A stretch of 64,000 bases of DNA from Ylistrum balloti (taxonomy: Eukaryota), in the NCBI RefSeq assembly GCF_031769215.1, contig NW_026782140.1, positions 186,001-250,000 on the forward strand. Direction: 5' to 3'. A program made the position numbers and the translations under genes. Below the pieces are notes generated by a model that had not been told where the DNA came from, ran no database searches, and worked only from the letters and a program-made list of their open reading frames with translations. Each line of letters begins with the position of its first letter. The stretch's first letter is position 1. Positions 63,701 to 64,000 of the stretch are shown piece by piece.

Positions 63701-64000
63701 AAAAGTCGAAGAGCAGAACATTACATAATATTCGTTTTGATTTACAGGAATATATATCCATATAAACAACAACATAGTGGACTCTTCTTTAGTATTTCTT
63801 TTCTGTTATCGCTGTGGACAAAGCAATACTTCAAAAAGTATTAAAGGATATTGTCCATAATGATATCAGAATTTATCACAGCTAAATATTTACTGACTAC
63901 TGATGGAATCTCTAGTCATCTCTTCTGCAAAATAGACTTGTGTCCATTAGATTACCTTGTCCTGGTATGGGGAGGAATTAGTCACCAGACTAGGAACGAA
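51717..64000 (-). CDS. 3' end of an unidentified spliced protein-coding gene (5' part beyond window)
   Basis: Phase-consistent GT-AG exons: >=64000-63956, 63686-63572, 60152-60039, 55339-55231, 53958-53824, 52374-52319, 51820-51717. Reads ...FVPSLVTNSSPYQDKAYNLLIRLLEKFDEDRQAEG...GIQFSSDLDTDTEPEIPMGRKTQEEKDDFFEFYE*. Low-complexity acidic/Pro/Ser tail; family not recognised. Confidence 0.75.
51855..52255. mobile_element. Interspersed repeat with internal duplicated block and (GGAC)n microsatellite (Helentron/Crypton-type MITE-like)
   Basis: Starts aacaagag; gcacatctacccattgta...tgattagtttaggaggag occurs twice; (ggac)n at about 52190; ends atataaaaa. Family assignment uncertain. Confidence 0.4.
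54395..55025. repeat. Minisatellite, 31-bp unit
   Basis: GGTCAAGGACAATGAGAGCTTATCATTTATA, about 19 copies. Confidence 0.93.
56595..58375. repeat. Minisatellite, 33-bp unit
   Basis: ACCAACGACATTAATATATCAAATTCTGTGTAG, about 54 copies; explains the 11-aa-periodic ORFs. Confidence 0.98.
58455..59600. repeat. Minisatellite, 22-bp unit
   Basis: TATATGGTGATAATATATTCAG and CCAA/TCAC variants, about 52 copies. Confidence 0.97.
59740..59880. repeat. Short triplication, about 49-bp unit
   Basis: AAAGGTACATTAGG...ACACAAGGGATTAT three times. Confidence 0.8.
61490..62105. repeat. Minisatellite, 35-bp unit
   Basis: AACAGGTCTGGGGTGGACTAACTGACCAAATCTCT, about 17 copies. Confidence 0.95.
62685..63385. repeat. 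Minisatellite, 43-bp unit
   Basis: TTCTCATCTCTACCTAGCCTCTAAATCTCACTACCCCACAACC, about 16 copies. Confidence 0.96.

Overview
Eukaryotic (animal) genomic DNA, AT-rich and intron-rich. Repeat types and gene content suggest a mollusc or bivalve, which is an inference. Four spliced genes were reconstructed by hand with every intron phase consistent: (1) the 3' half of usherin/USH2A (+, 27 exons, 2305-28538, about 2,670 codons: FN3 repeats, Cys-rich region, TM helix, C-terminal FTDTHL PDZ-binding motif); (2) DCAF4/WDR21 (-, 5 coding exons, one GC-AG intron); (3) RRP15 (+, 5 exons), head-to-head with DCAF4; (4) the 3' end of an unidentified gene (-, 7 exons). RRP15 intron 1 holds a nested stack: a decayed CR1-type LINE, interrupted by a TTAA-flanked Kolobok-like element (THAP and KolX/P2X7-ballast-like remnants), itself interrupted by a putative MITE. 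Other elements include a pogo-like non-autonomous element and Helentron-like, Penelope-like and LINE remnants. About 20 unrelated minisatellite arrays cover roughly a quarter of the window. Several of them amplify real USH2A splice sites or the stop codon: 17 donor copies, 7 acceptor copies with an in-frame stop, and a duplicated PDZ-motif/stop. No CRISPR, rRNA, tRNA or prokaryotic system is supported. Most long ORFs in the supplied track that lie over repeats are artefacts.
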